A stretch of DNA of 64,000 bases from Rozella allomycis CSF55 (Eukaryota): contig KE560848.1 of the NCBI GenBank assembly GCA_000442015.1, positions 62,001 to 126,000 of the forward strand, given 5' to 3'. Numbering within the stretch: position 1 is the first letter of the stretch; every line of letters begins with the position of its first letter. A program made the translations under genes and the position numbers. The notes under the pieces were generated by a model. It was given only the letters and a program-made list of their open reading frames with translations, ran no database searches and had not been told where the DNA came from. Shown piece by piece: positions 37,403-51,205 of this stretch.

Positions 37403-38923
37403 ATGGACTGCTTTGATTCTATACTGGCGTTCTCTTTATTTAAAGATGAAGCTGAATATGCTATAACAAACAAAGTTGGTTTGTATGATCGTGAAACGAG
37501 GTTAAAAGAATATGATTCAGGAATACTGAGATTGACCAACCAGAGGATGGTATTTCAAAATGAAGATAGCAACATTTTGTCATTGAGTTTAAGTTTAATA
37601 CAAAAGATAGAAATCAAAGTAGAAGATACCAATTATTTTTATTAAGAATCCATTCCTTAGGTCACACGGAAAGATTATACTATTTTTGAATGATAAATCT
37701 AGCGTACACCAAGGATACCTCGAACAATTACATTCACAAAACGCATTAAAAGAAAAAGTAAAAAGCTTTGTCAATGATTGGGCATGCGAAATTTGTAATC
37801 ACAACAATCAAGGATTTACGATAAAGTGTGAGAGTTGTGGTGTAGCTAAAGCGTCACCGAAAGAATGGCCATGTTCAACTTGTACATTTTTAAATAAAAT
37901 TGATAATACAAAGTGTGAAATGTGTGGCTCCGCAATGGGTAGCGATGAGTCTCTTCCATTAAAGTAATCCTGATCCATCAGTAATACAGAATCAATGAAA
38001 GCATAGGATCTAAATACATAAAATTGTCTTTCAGGGACACTGGCTTTAATAATTTTGTCAAAAAATTGCAAATTGCATTGGAAGAAAAGACTTGGGTAAT
38101 AAATCAAAATTTACTTTAAACAAGAATAAGATTAAACTAAATAACTCTTCAGAGTTAGCAGCCCCTGGAATAAGTACGAAGAATATCTTTCTTTCCTAGG
38201 CGGGATAGTCAAAAAGTTGGACAATGAAGAAATAAAAAAAGATCAGCTTTTGAATGAAGCCTTTAAGGATTTGGATTCACTCATGCGAAAAGCTTCCGAA
38301 ATGATAAACATGGCAAAATCATATGCGAAATCATCCGGGAACAATGCGAATAACGTGTTTGCATCACTTGGGCTAGAAGTTGATCTGACAAAGTAATCAA
38401 CAAGGCATTTAAACAAAGAGGAATGTATGAAAGCCAATTTGATGTTGCATTGGCGAGGCAAATAATTAAGATTCTAGACACATGGCTGGATTTCCAGGTT
38501 GTCGATATTGTCGACCTGTATTGCATTCTCAATAAACAAAGAGGAACAGAGCTTTTGTCTCCGAAAGATGTCTTAAATGCGTGCGAACAGTTATCACGAA
38601 TGCAAGGAAATTACAGAATGCGAAGATTCGAAAGCGGTACTATAATTGTACATAAAAGTATTTTCATATTTTGGTATTTTTGAGGCGACTATGAAGATGA
38701 AAAAATTGGCGAGAGAATTCAAAAATACCTGGATGATAAAGAATGCTTTAGTGCTATTGAGTTTGCTGCTGCCGAATCATTGTCCATTGAAGTAGCTACT
38801 GAGTTTATCAAGGTATTGAGAAGTGTAGTATTAATATAGACGGTGGAAATGAAAGGAAACCTATGTAGGGACGAATCAATTCAAGGAACATTATTTTATC
38901 GAAATAAAATACTTTTGCGGTAG
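37403..38923 (+). CDS. VPS36: ESCRT-II subunit Vps36 (split GLUE, two NZF fingers, winged helices)
   Basis: VGLYD...G.LRLTNQR, WACEIC, WPCSTCTFLN, YIKLSFR, AFKDLDSLM.KA, RGTELLSP.D, LCRDESIQG..FY.N. Confidence 0.92.
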
Positions 38924-39029
38924 TGCAACATCCTTCTATGCTTTTTGAAGAGGAATATTATTGCTCCCCTCATGATTTTTTCTCCATTTTTTCACCTTTA
39001 ATCTATTTTTTTTTTTTTTTAAAGTTAAA

Positions 39030-39575
39030 AGAATTTATTTAATAAGTAAATTTTTCTTCAAAACTTCAAGAGCATAGGAATGTGCCATGAGGATGTCTAT
39101 TTCTTCCTTCGAAGGCTTCCCTAGATTTAATGTTTCAAAGAACATGATATAAGCCGATAAACTAGATTCTTTTAATTGAATGTTGAATTTATCATTAATG
39201 TAACCTATAAATTGTAACCAATATGGTGCACTGACTACAGGACATTCAAAAAGTTTGTGAAAATTTGTACAAGGTACTGTAAGAATTAATTAACTAAATT
39301 AATAGAAAGAATATATGTTTGTTAATTATCTGAATTAACAAGACTATAGAATTGGAAAGTTGGAAATTTACTATTATGAAGAAGAGGTTTTTCTTTGAGA
39401 TTGAGGGTTTCCCTATTCCCTATAAAGAAATGGTCAAAGATAAAGATTTTCAAATCTTTGTAATATTTATTTTGTGTCCCGATAGAATATAGAAACAGAA
39501 AATCCAATGATGAAATGGAAGGACTACATGTTTCAAGGCACAGTAAAGCAAGTAGTTGGAGAAGACGTTCTAGTT
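39030..39575 (-). pseudogene. Degraded or unknown coding sequence
   Basis: Two protein-like minus-strand frames separated by a putative short intron; no in-frame ATG found after an upstream ACCCTG motif. Confidence 0.3.
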
Positions 39576-39674
39576 AAATTATCAGGGTAAAACTTTAAAT
39601 TTTTATTTATTTAAGAAATTCAACAGAAATGGTGTTTTCTACAGACAAGAGAATAGTCTTTAAACCTATAATCG

Positions 39675-40690
39675 CTAAATAATGTCGAAAATCTGCTTTC
39701 TTTTTCTTGTGATGCCTTGAAACGCTAATGGAGGTTCAAAAAATGTATTTCTTTCATTATCGATTCTATTTTCTTGCTTGTTAGATTCCTTCGTTTCCAA
39801 TTCTTTATTCTTTTGCGATTCTCTGCTCTTTTTCATTTCTTTACTCTTTTGCAATTCTTTACTCTTTTGCAATTCTTTACTCTTTTCCGCATCTATAAGC
39901 ATGTTCAATTCTTCGCTCTTTTTTGGCTCTCTATTCTCTTTAAATTTTTCGCAACTTTTCGACACTTTACTCTTTTCCAATGCCTTATTCATTTCTAACC
40001 CATTACTCTTTTTCGACTCTTTAAGCTTTTTCAATTCCCTTTTCTTATCCAGTTGTTTATTCTTCTCCAGCTCTTTACTCAATTCAGACTCTTTACTCTT
40101 TTCCTCTTCTTTATTCTCTTTCAATTCATTACTCTTTTCCGCTTCTTTATTCTTTTCCAATTCGTTTTGCTTTTCCAAATCCATATATTTTTCATCATTG
40201 ATTTGAGATCGATTATCTCCACTCAACCTTTTCGCTTTCATCATAAAAGCATCTCTATTATGCAAAAATTCATTCGCAATATCGACATCCAAGGGATCAT
40301 TCGGGTTCGGTTCTTCTAACAGCATTCTAAGTGCCTGCAATATATACAAAAGATTAAAAACTGGCTTCCAAGATCCTTGTGGAGGCAATTTAAGCAGATC
40401 CAAGCAAATGCGACCGTCCTTGTCAATATTCGGGTGATAAACTGGTGTAACAAACTTGATCCCCGGAGGTTCAAACGGATATCGATCTGATATTGTGATA
40501 CTGAGAGTGAATTTTATGTTTTCATAAGCAGTGTTGGAAGGGCCTTGCAATTCTATGTGTTTATAACCATATGATTACTGGCAGTCAAATTATCAATTTT
40601 GTTTTCATCTGATAATTGAATACTAATAAGATCTTGATTCTCATTTTGTATTTCTTTTATTTCTTTGAGCAACCTTTTTTGAAAACTCAT
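39675..40690 (-). CDS. Ubiquitin-conjugating enzyme E2 (UBE2T-like) with charged repetitive tail
   Basis: RYPFEPP..KFVTPVYHPNIDKDGRICLDLLKLPPQGSWKP; KSKEL-type repeats at the C-terminus. Confidence 0.88.
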
Positions 40691-40754
40691 TACGAAATTT
40701 CATAAATTAAAGAGTGTGAAAATAGTTTATTGATGTGTTAGTTTTTTGAATAAA

Positions 40755-43714
40755 TTAAGAAGATTTTGCAGACCTTTTCTTTTTCTTTTTTGTGTCTTTA
40801 ACGAGCTTGTCAAATTGGGGTGCAGAGACTTTAACTTTGCCTAGCATTTGATTGATTAATTCGTTTTCAGGAACAGCTTTAATGACTTCTTTTTCTCTTT
40901 GGGAGAGTTCTTTGATTTGGAGGAATAAATTGAGAGCCATTTTGGATGCTTAATGAGGAATGTGATAGAGACTTACCTTTTCCTTTTTTCAGAGAGCCTG
41001 GGGTCAACTTTACTTTGAATTTGTAATTTGAAAGACAAGAGTAAGGGGCACAAACAGGAATAGCGAATAGAATGATATCATCAGCTTGTGGACATCCAGT
41101 TAAAGAATCGATAAAGGTCAAAGTTTCTTCATTAATGTCTTCAACAGTTTCAATGTTCTCTTCAGTCATTATCTGTGTTACTTCTTGTATGTTGGATTCT
41201 TTCTTCTTTTCTTTTGGTAATTTTTGTTTAATTTCCTTCTTTTCTGGTTTCTTTTCTTCTTTTTTCTTTCCAGCAGATTGCAAAAGACTCATTCTTAATT
41301 CTCTTTCTTCTTCATCTTGATTTGAATATTTTTTCAACATCTTTTTCTTTTTTCCACTTTTGCCTCGTGGAACTTTTTGCTGTTGCTGTTGTGATTGGGT
41401 TTGCTTTTCTTTTTTCTTTTCAGGAATAGGCACCTCATTAATAGATCCAGATCCAGTTTTTCCTTTTTTCATCATTTTTCTTTCCTTTGCGGATATTCTC
41501 TTTTTAGATCCAGATCGCATTTCTTCAAAATTTTCAACATCTTCTTTTGAATTTTCATCTCCAGCCGCATCTAGATCTTCACTCTCAACATTTATATCTT
41601 CAGATTCTTGGTTATCGTTTTCAGCATTAATATTAGCATCATCTTCAACGTCTTTAATGTTTAAATCACTTGAACCCATATTCTCGGGTTGATCTACTTC
41701 AATTTCTAGATCTTCAATTTTATTCTCTTCAACTTCATCTTGATCTTCTGCTAATTCAATTTTGCTAAAAGTGTTTGACAATTCATTTTGAAAATTTTCA
41801 AAATCTATGTTTTCAGGTTTCCTTCTTTCATGTAAATGACGAGAAATGCAAGATTCATCAACTTTAAATAAGAATCCAAATCCATAAACAAGCTGCGTTG
41901 GAGATAAATAATTCTTCTTTCCTCTAATCATAAAACTTCCAGTTCCCAAATATTCTCCAGAGGGGGCTGTCTTTGATACCTTTACTTAAGAGGAGTTAAT
42001 TTAAATTACTTGGTCAGCATAAACAAAGTATGCGCTTGTAACTATTTTTGCATCCCAAGCCCTACTTTGACACACAGACATACAACCAGCTTGGTTTAAA
42101 GTAGCTGGTGGCACTGGATTCCCACTAGGATTCTTTATTATAACACTCCCAGCACCATGGATATCCGCATGCACGTACAAATCACCTTTTACATTCAATT
42201 CACTCAATTACCTTTTCTTAAATGTCTTTTAACAAGCAATTCATTTTGTTGCATATCTCTTCCAGCCAAAACCAAATAATTCTCTGATGAAATAAACCAA
42301 GAAAACTTTTCAAACCAAAATGGCTTTCTAACTTTATTAATCGTTGTTGTCACTTTCACTTGCTTCAAATCATGCTTAATTTTAATCTCTGCATTCTTCA
42401 AAGCTTGCTTCGTTGCATTAATTGTTCTATCATGTTTATAAAGTGCTTGCCTTTTCATATCGTAGTATTTTTGTGCATTTGCAAAAGCTGACATTGAAAT
42501 ATCTAAATCCACTTCAATTCCATCCAACTTTAAAGTTATTCTATTTCTCTCCAACTTTAACTTTACAAACAAAAGAGCTATTGGATTATCATCTTCTTTT
42601 TCGTCTTGAATTAATTCTTCCAACTCTTTCCAATCCATCGCATTCATCAACGCACTTTGAACCACCTTGATAGCTTCATCTGCTGCTTCTAAATTATTCT
42701 CAATAGCCATCGCCTTGTCCTGATATTGTTTCTGATCCATCTCTAAATTTTCAATTCTCTTTTCCAATTCTTTTCTAATTGATTCTAGTTTCTTATTAAA
42801 CACTTCTTCTTGCTGCTTTGCTTTCAGCTCCAATTTTTGTACATCAGATTTCATGTAAAATTCATCCATTGCCAATTCAAATCTTTCATATCTTAACAAC
42901 TTGAATGATTTCAATTGCAAGAGTTCAATTGGATGATACTCTTCATAGATCCCTTCGCATTTTTCATACAAGAATCCTTTAGATGGAGTTTCTTTTATTT
43001 CTCTCAACTTTTCTTCCAATTTTAATAAAAGAAACTGGAAATCTTCATCTTTCATTTTTATAGATGGCAATGAAGGCTCAATTCCATTTTCTAAACACAC
43101 ATGCTCTACCAAGGGAAGAGGAAACAATGATTTTGAAGAAACATACTTTTTTATCGCCTCTTTAGATTTATTATTCAACAACCATTCAGCATTATATTCA
43201 ATTTCATACCTCGCATTTTCAAAAGAATACGCTTCTCCAATCACCATCTTAATATTCTCTGTATTCACAGATCTCAATATACACTGAATAACCTTATTCT
43301 TATCCAACAATATCACATTCCCAGATGCATAAAACTCCATCACCAAATAATTCTTGCTCTCTCCCTCCCCAAACTCCATAACAATAATCCTATCATATCC
43401 AAGCTGATATACAGCATTGCATCGCTTTGTCCGCAAAAACTTTCTCATCTTCATTGTAAATCCATGCGGCATATGCGTTCCCTCCTCCTGCCGATCATAC
43501 GTTGTCAAATTACATCTAAACCCGCTCTCAACTACAAAATATTTCTTTTCACTCGGTTTCGCAAACTTGAACACGAACAGCTTTGCGTTGCCTGGCGTGT
43601 CGTATATATTCTGGCATCTCAGACCTATCAACCTTTTATCAAAAAAACACTCTTTTACGATTGAAGATCATGGTGGAGCGCACATATATCCAAAAGAGTC
43701 ACGCGTTGCTTCAT
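40755..43714 (-). CDS. RQC2: Ribosome quality-control factor NEMF/Rqc2
   Basis: [75 protein letters not shown]. Confidence 0.95.
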
Positions 43715-43746
43715 TTTTAAGATTCCAGAAAATTACTAGTTGACAG

Positions 43747-44605
43747 ATGTACCGGCCAAAATTAATTTCGCGTGGAACTAGTTTTACTGCAAAGTTGCTG
43801 GGCATCACTTGTCCATTGATTTGTGCGGGACTCGGTGTTTGGCAAATGCAGAGATTGGAATGGAAATTGTCGTACATTGAGGATGTCAAGGAACAAATGA
43901 AAATGGAGCCGTTGGATTTCACCCAGTTAAATGAAAAACAATGGCCTATTTGGAGATACATTAATATTAAAGGGAAATTCGAGGAGGAAAGTATACTCGT
44001 TGGGCCAAGGTACTCGGAAGATACTTCTGTTGTCTTTTATGTTGTCACACCTTATGTACTGGAGAATGGGTATGAGATATGCTTTAATTGCATTTAGCGA
44101 AAGAATATTAGTCAATAGGGGTGTCATTGGAGGACTAGATGATAAAACACCAGAAAAATGGTTCAAAGCGGACAATTCGAAATATCCAGAGACACTTAAA
44201 GTTATAGTTAGACCCCACGAAAAGGTGAATTTATTTGAAAAGTTTAAAGTAGATGCCTAGATGGGCAAATGTTAGTCCAGAGTTTAATGGAATCTCATTT
44301 CCCAAGTTTGAGCATAACGAACTACAGAAATGGTTTGATATGGAGAATGTTAATGTTGTAGACATTGTTCCACGTATTATTAACCTTTATTATTAACTGT
44401 AGAACCGGGAATTGAAAATTATCCACAGCCGATTAAGCCGAATCTGAAAATACGAAACAATCATTATGCATATGCTGTATTTTGGTAATAGTTTATTGTT
44501 TATTTGATTAACAGGTTTACAATGTCGGTAGTAACGGCTGGACTACCATTCTTGGCACAAAGGAGTAATCAGTTCAACAAACACCAAAGAAGTCTTCAAT
44601 TATAA
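43747..44605 (+). CDS. SURF1: SURF1/Shy1 cytochrome c oxidase assembly factor, multi-exon
   Basis: GLGVWQMQRLEWK, VGPR, VVTP, ILVNRG, RNNHYAYAVFW. Confidence 0.9.
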
Positions 44606-44615
44606 ATTAAATATT

Positions 44616-45626
44616 CTAAGATTTATTTCCTAATGCTTCTCCAACTTTCACTTTGTCGCCAATTTGCTTTAAAAACTTAAACTCTCGAGGCCCTTCGAAA
44701 AGTAAAACGATCGTGGAGCCTAATTTAAACAATCCAATCTCTTGTCCTCTTTTTAATTCACAGTCGACATTTAAAGCTTCTGTTATCTTTTTCGAACCAA
44801 GAACAATTCCTTTATTTGTTTTAATATCTGTGTCAAGATGGAGCTGAATATTTCCAACATTGGTAGCCGCAACAGGAATCATGTTGAAATAGCCATATCT
44901 CCATTTACCAATCAAATTAATTCTTTCGTTTAAAGAAAACAGCCCTTTAATCTTTCTGAGTGCAATTGGATTAACAGAGAGTAAATCACCCTGTATGTGA
45001 CGAACCCGGAATAGATTCCATTCTGTTGGGGAGTGGAATCTATGATAGTCACCAGGGCCAAGATAAATAATACAGTAATGAAATAGTTGATTGGGATTTG
45101 ATGTAATAATATCTTCATTCATAAACTTTGACATGTTAAATTTAATTCCTTTTTATAAATTAATTTGCGTTTTACCTTTAATTTGTTCTATGGTATTGTT
45201 CTCAACAATTCCCTGGGATATTATTACTCCATCACTCGGGCTAATAAGATTCGCTTCTTCATCAATAGCTCTTTTGGACATGTCTATCTTTCTGGTAAAA
45301 TAATCTTGGAGACTTTCGTATTCTTCTAAATTTTTATTAACCAAGTCATCTAAATCACAACCGAACACTTTCGTGTAAAGTCCAAGGACTGGTTTTCTTA
45401 AGGGTCGTGGTAACTTGAGAGATGTAAATTTTCCCCATGAATAGGATATATATCTGGTTGGTATCAATTGAAGCAGCGCCAATTTCAAAGTAGACTCTGC
45501 CGTAACTTGTCTTTGTTCTCTAACATTCATAGCCGCCTGAACAACGAAACTGGCTACTATAGGTGACGATAAAACAAGTATTCTTTTCCTTCTAGTGTTA
45601 AACATTCCTGAAAAAAATCGTTTCAT
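44616..45626 (-). CDS. PSD1: Mitochondrial phosphatidylserine decarboxylase
   Basis: SPSDG, YLGPGDYHRFHSP, LNER, VAATNVG, FKLGST cleavage motif. Confidence 0.93.
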
Positions 45627-45676
45627 CTAGCCAAAATTCCACCCTGAAATTTCAAAGTAACCCCTGGCGAATTTTT

Positions 45677-47091
45677 ATGTTGGATAGAAATTTATTTCGT
45701 GCTGAATGTGGAGGAAACCCTGAATTAATAAGAGTTTCTCAAAGAAAAAGAGGTGCTTCTCCTCAAGTTGTCGATGAAATCATCGAAGATATCAAAAATT
45801 GGGTGGCAGGTATTCATGTCTAACAATAACCAACTTAGCCGATTTTGCTGTCAGCCAAATGAATAAAGAAATCAATAAAATTCAAAAAGAGATTGGTCAA
45901 AAGAAAAAGAACAAGGAAAATGCTGACGATTTAATCCAACAAAAATCTGATTTAGAAAAACAAAAAGAAGGGTTGTGTCAAGAAGAAAGACGCGTTTATC
46001 AACAAATGGAGGAAAAAATTATCAATGTTGGAAATATTGTCCACCCTTCAGTTGTTGATTCATTGGATGAAGCAAAAAATAAAATTGAGCGTTTGTATCC
46101 TGAAAATGAAGTTCCAGTTAAAAATGAAAAACTGTTGTATCACTTTGAAGTATTGAAAAAGTTGGACGGATTTGATACAGACAGGGGTGTCAAGGTTGTT
46201 GGACATCGCGGTTATTTCTTGAAGAACTGGGGAGTGCGTTTAAATCAAGCGTTAATAAACTATGCAACTGACTTTCTTTTCCAAAAGCAATACACCTTGC
46301 TTCAAACTCCATTCATGATGAAACGGGATATGATGGCAAAGACTGCTCAATTGTCTCAATTTGATGAAGAGCTTTACAAAGTTTCAGGTGATGGAGAAGA
46401 TAAATACTTGATCGCTACCTCTGAACAGCCAATTTCTGTTTTTCATGCAAACGAGTGGCTTGATCCAAAGGAACTTCCATTAAGATACGGAGGTTACTCA
46501 ACATGTTTTAGGAAAGAAGCTGGAGCGCACGGAAAAGATGTTGGTAAGAAACATTAAATTTCTCAATTTAAAGCTGGAATTTTTAGAATCCATCAATTCG
46601 AAAAAGTTGAGCAATTTTGCATCACTGAACCTGAAAAGTCTTGGGATATGTTTGATGAAATGATTAAAACTTCTGAAGAATTTTATAAATCTTTAGATCT
46701 AAAGTTTAGAGTCGTCAGCATTGTGTCTGGAGCATTAAATAATGCTGCGGCCAAAAAGTATGACTTGGAAGCTTGGTTTCCCAGATTCGGTAACTATTAG
46801 ATTATTTTTAAATATAAGGTGAATATAGAGAGCTTGTCAGCTGTTCAAATTGTACCGATTATCAATCAAGAAGGCTAGAAATTAGATGTGGGTATTTTTA
46901 CATCATGTTCTTTACCTAAGATGGGTGATAGGGAAAAGAAATATGTTCATTGCTTAAATTCAACATTATGCGCAACGGAAAGAACTCTTTGCTGCATTTT
47001 AGAAAACTATCAAACTGAAACTGGGCTCAACGTACCAACTGTTCTTCGCCCTTACCTTGGTGGAATCAAATTTATTCCATATTTAAAATAA
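45677..47091 (+). CDS. SES1: Cytosolic seryl-tRNA synthetase
   Basis: [58 protein letters not shown]. Confidence 0.96.
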
Positions 47092-47155
47092 ACAGTTTAA
47101 GTTTTATCTACTTAATACATTGATATTTGACTCATTTATTCGCTATTTATTAATG

Positions 47156-47855
47156 TCACTTAATCTCAATTGGACAATCAGGTTGGTTTTTTGGATGGGC
47201 TATTGAAAATGCATCAATTCTACACAAACGCTCATTAATGGACTTAATTTTTGGAAACTTGTTCATGTCTACTGAAAACCTATTATCTTCTAATCATCAA
47301 CTAACCTCTCAGCATTATAGACTTGAGGAACCAAAAGTACATCCGCCATTGTTATATCATCCCCAACACAATATAACCCAGACGACTGAGTTAATACTTG
47401 TTCAATTGCTTTTATCAAGTTTAATATTAGTTACCTTCAAAACCCTTATTAATCCAAAAAGACCCCCATTCGTTTTTCTTTTCTACTTCGACTTCATTCA
47501 ATACTCTCAAGTTTTGAATTGGCTGAATATCACTAGCTATCATTTGAACTATTTCCCTGACTTTAGCTCTTTTAATTAGATCCTTAGGAAGCAATGGTAC
47601 GTTGTTGTATCTTTCCTCAAGAAATTCTAGAATCGCAACAGACTGACCAAGTATTATTGTCTGTCCGGATTCGTTTTTTAGTTCAATGGAAGGGACTAAA
47701 TGAGAAGGATTAATATGGGAATATTCTCCAGAGTTTTGTTCATTTTTTAAAAGATTAACCGGGACTATTTGGTATTCAATTTTCTTTAAATTTAATGCTA
47801 TTCGAACCCTCCAGGAGCATGAACTGCGATAATAGGAATACAATTTTAAGGCCAT
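47156..47855 (-). CDS. GSTZ1: Maleylacetoacetate isomerase / GST zeta
   Basis: [38 protein letters not shown]. Confidence 0.93.
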
Positions 47856-47906
47856 AAAGTGATAAAGGTAAACGCCACAAAATTAATTTTAAAAGTTAAA
47901 TACACT

Positions 47907-48560
47907 TTATGAATTTAATCCCATTCTCTTTCTTTCACCTCCAAGCTGGAATATGTAAGTTAATAATATATATTACCACTCTTTTGACACGATCTAAAGC
48001 CGCTTCATTGCTAGATTTACAACTCGAGGTATTATATGGCGGTGATACAATGACTTCATCCATTACAACAATGTTCTTATTGTCCCATCTACATGGCAAA
48101 CTGTTGTTACTAATTCTAATTTTTACGTTTTGGATAAGGCATCAAAAACTTTTTGAGCTTCTGTAGTAACTCCAACACCCTTCTTTGATGCATCTATTCT
48201 TCTCTTGTAAACTTCTTTTGCTTCTCTTTCTGCTAATTTTTCTGCATGCAATTTTCTGACAGGGGGTGCTTTTAGCATTCTTGGATCTGAATATGGTGGC
48301 GACTTTAATCTTTCTGTTTTAATTATGCTTTTGGAATTTAAAACAATAAAGTCGCTTTTTGGCGTAACATGCGGTGGCAATGGTTGATTCAGAACATCGT
48401 CTGGTTTTCGCTGTAGAAATTAAGGATTTCACCAAAATATAAAATTTTGAATAACAAAAAGGATATCTAAAACAACAAAGAATTCATCATAAGCGTAAAT
48501 TTGACCCGTGTGTTTTCCTCCATGGACGGTAACAGTAATCCAGTCACCCAAGGAAAACAT
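47907..48560 (-). CDS. LSM12: LSM12 (Lsm + anticodon-binding domain), multi-exon
   Basis: GQIYAYD, GVGVTTEAQKVFDALSKT, CRWDNKNIVVMDEVIVSPPY. Confidence 0.88.
48413..48466 (-). other. U12-type (minor spliceosome) AT-AC intron, 54 nt, in LSM12
   Basis: 5' site ATATCCTTT, branch-site AATCCTTAAT, 3' end TTCTAC; removal restores the frame (TTA G|AG CGA = L-E-R). Confidence 0.85.
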
Positions 48561-48650
48561 TATTGAGAAAATTACAAAAACGAAGAAATGAAATAATTTG
48601 AGGTGTATTTATTAGTGGTGATCTCAAATGTTTGTTTTCGGAATATTATT

Positions 48651-49567
48651 ATGGTACCTTACAACCAAAAGGATAAAAATGCGCAAAACAAAAAGACCGT
48701 GAAAGTTGCCAATATTGATCATCTTGCTTGTATGTATTACGGATTGATTTCCATCAAAATTTTAAAGAAACATGCCAAAATTCCTAAAGAAACTCAATTA
48801 GTTGACGAGACAGACGATATAAATTTCGAGTTTATTTCTCCCAACTCAAAAGTAAAAAAGAAACATTATTTTGTTAAGATTAGAGTGTGCGTTATACAAG
48901 AACTAAGAATGATGAAAAAATTGATGATAACAACACAAGTAAATCATTTGGACATAAAAAAACAACTGAAATGAAAAAGGAAAGTAAACTGGTAAGTGCA
49001 TACTTCATAATTTAGAGATTTCGCCCAGTATAAAACTACCTCCAATTCTTATATCGAATCGTAAAGTACATGGCTACTCGGATGGTTATCAAAAAAGAGC
49101 GACTGAAAATGATACACATAAGAAGAAACCTCATTACCAACTTCCAATTATACCGAGGCCTATTCACAAGAAAAAAGAAATCTTCAGCGTAATTGGACTT
49201 GTTGGATTTTAGTTGAGACCTTTAAATCCTTATTATCAGAACCAAGTTTCTGAAGAAAGAAAGAAAATACTTGATAATGTATATCAAAATAGAATGAAAA
49301 ATTACTTCTTTGGTCCCTACCATGGAGAAGATTTAAACAGAAAAATCGACCCCGTGGAGTTAAATTTAGCACAAAAAAATGAATCTAACCAGATTGGTGT
49401 AGATTACAGCGAAAATTGGCTTTTGAAGCCTGTAAAAAGAACAAAGGTATTATGGCGCTTAATCTTAAACCTAGGCCGACATTAATTTTGATAATTTTTT
49501 TGAAGGACGACCACATAGTGCACCACCAATGTCTGGAGGCTACTATGATCATCTTTTCAATAAATAA
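48651..49567 (+). CDS. Hypothetical protein, multi-exon (boundaries approximate)
   Basis: Protein-like open segments (e.g. 49213-49440) separated by short GT-AG introns; ends GRPHSAPPMSGGYYDHLFNK. Confidence 0.45.
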
Positions 49568-49606
49568 ATGTGCTTCTCTTTTGAATATTATTTGTGATTT
49601 TTCAAA

Positions 49607-51080
49607 ATGAGCTCCCTTCAAGATTATCTACAGAAAAACTATAAGCAGTCGAAAAAGAAAAAAAATTCTTCAAAGAATGTGAAGATTATTGATAACGACG
49701 CGGATTTTATCAGTGAAAATCAAACTGAAAGCCATGATGATGGGGAATTAGTGAGCATCGCAATGCAGAGAGCTGAGCTCAGCGTTGATAATACAGCAAA
49801 GTTTAAGCCTGCTTTTACAAGTTCAAATTTAAAGAAATGGGATAACTTAAATGATTTAACAATTGACAGCAATACTTATAAATCACCTTGGGAAAAAGAA
49901 CAAATGGCTCCAAGACAATCTAGACATGATTCGGATAACGATATATCTCCTCCAAGAAGAAATAGACATGACTCTGATAATGATATGTCTCCTCCAAGAA
50001 GGAATAGACATGACTCTGATAATCCAAGAAGAAATAGACATGACTCTGTTAATGATATATCTCCTCCAAGAAGAAATAGACATGACTCTGATAATGATAT
50101 GTCTCCGCAAAGAAGAACTAGGCATGACTCTGATAATGATATGTCTCCTCCAAGAAGAAATAGACATGACTCTGATAATGATATGTCTCCGCAAAGAAGA
50201 ACTAGGCATGACTCTGATAATGATATGTCTCCTCCAAGAAGAAATAGACATGACTCTGATAATGATATGTCTCCGCAAAGAAGAACTAGGCATGACTCTG
50301 ATAATGATATGTCTCCTCCAAGAAGAAATAGACATGACTCTGATAATGATATGTCTCCGCAAAGAAGAACTAGGCATGACTCTGATAATGATATGTCTCC
50401 TCCAAGAAGAAATAGACATGACTCTGATAATGATATGTCTCCGCAAAGAAGAACTAGGCATGACTCTGATAATGATATGTCTCCTCCAAGAAGAACTAGG
50501 CATGACTCTGATAATGGGGAAAGTAAACACAATGCATCATCATCCCTCAAAAAGTATAATTCTGAAACTGCTAACACTATTGTAAGAGATCATACAGGCA
50601 AGAAAATTGATGTTGCAGATTCCCGCTCAAAAGCCGATATTGCAGACGAAAGGCATGATAAAGTCAAACTGATCAGCTACGGAATGAAACAATTACAAGA
50701 AAAAAGAGATAAGATTGATTTGCTTGAGAAAATGAAAAGCGCTAAATTTTCGAGGTAATGTTTACACTTTAATTTACATAGATATGCCGACGACGTTGAA
50801 TTAAACCAGAACCTGAAAGAAAAAACTCATTGGGATGATCCCTCTAGAACATGGTTAAAGGTACGAACAATGAATTTTAAATTTTTAGTCAACTAACAAG
50901 AAAGTTATCAAACAGGAGTATCAAGGCCCTTTTCCACCAAATCGTTTCAACATCAAACCCGGACATAAATGGGATGGTATTGATCGCTCTAATGGCTTTG
51001 AGAAGAAATATTTTGACCAACTATACATTAACAAAACCAGGGAGCATGAGGCTTACAAAATGGGATCGGTGGACATGTAG
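49607..51080 (+). CDS. BUD13: RES complex subunit Bud13/Cwc26
   Basis: [58 protein letters not shown]. Confidence 0.93.
49922..50515 (+). repeat. Coding minisatellite, 42-nt unit ([10 protein letters not shown][P/Q]RR[N/T]), about 15 copies, 84-nt higher-order dimer
   Basis: Directly visible tandem AGACATGACTCTGATAATGATATGTCTCC units. Confidence 0.97.
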
Positions 51081-51205
51081 TTAATCTTTGATTTTTTTAC
51101 ATGTAAAATAAATATTGTATTTATTCATTTCACTGATAATATTTTGAAAATTTACAAAAAAGGAATTTAAAAATTTCCAAATCCTTACCCTTGTAGAAAG
51201 AAAAA

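Noticed and set aside
49863..50585. Regular repeat array with long ORFs in several frames, superficially CRISPR-like
   Set aside because: No unique spacers; it is the in-frame Bud13 coding repeat and the other ORFs are shadows
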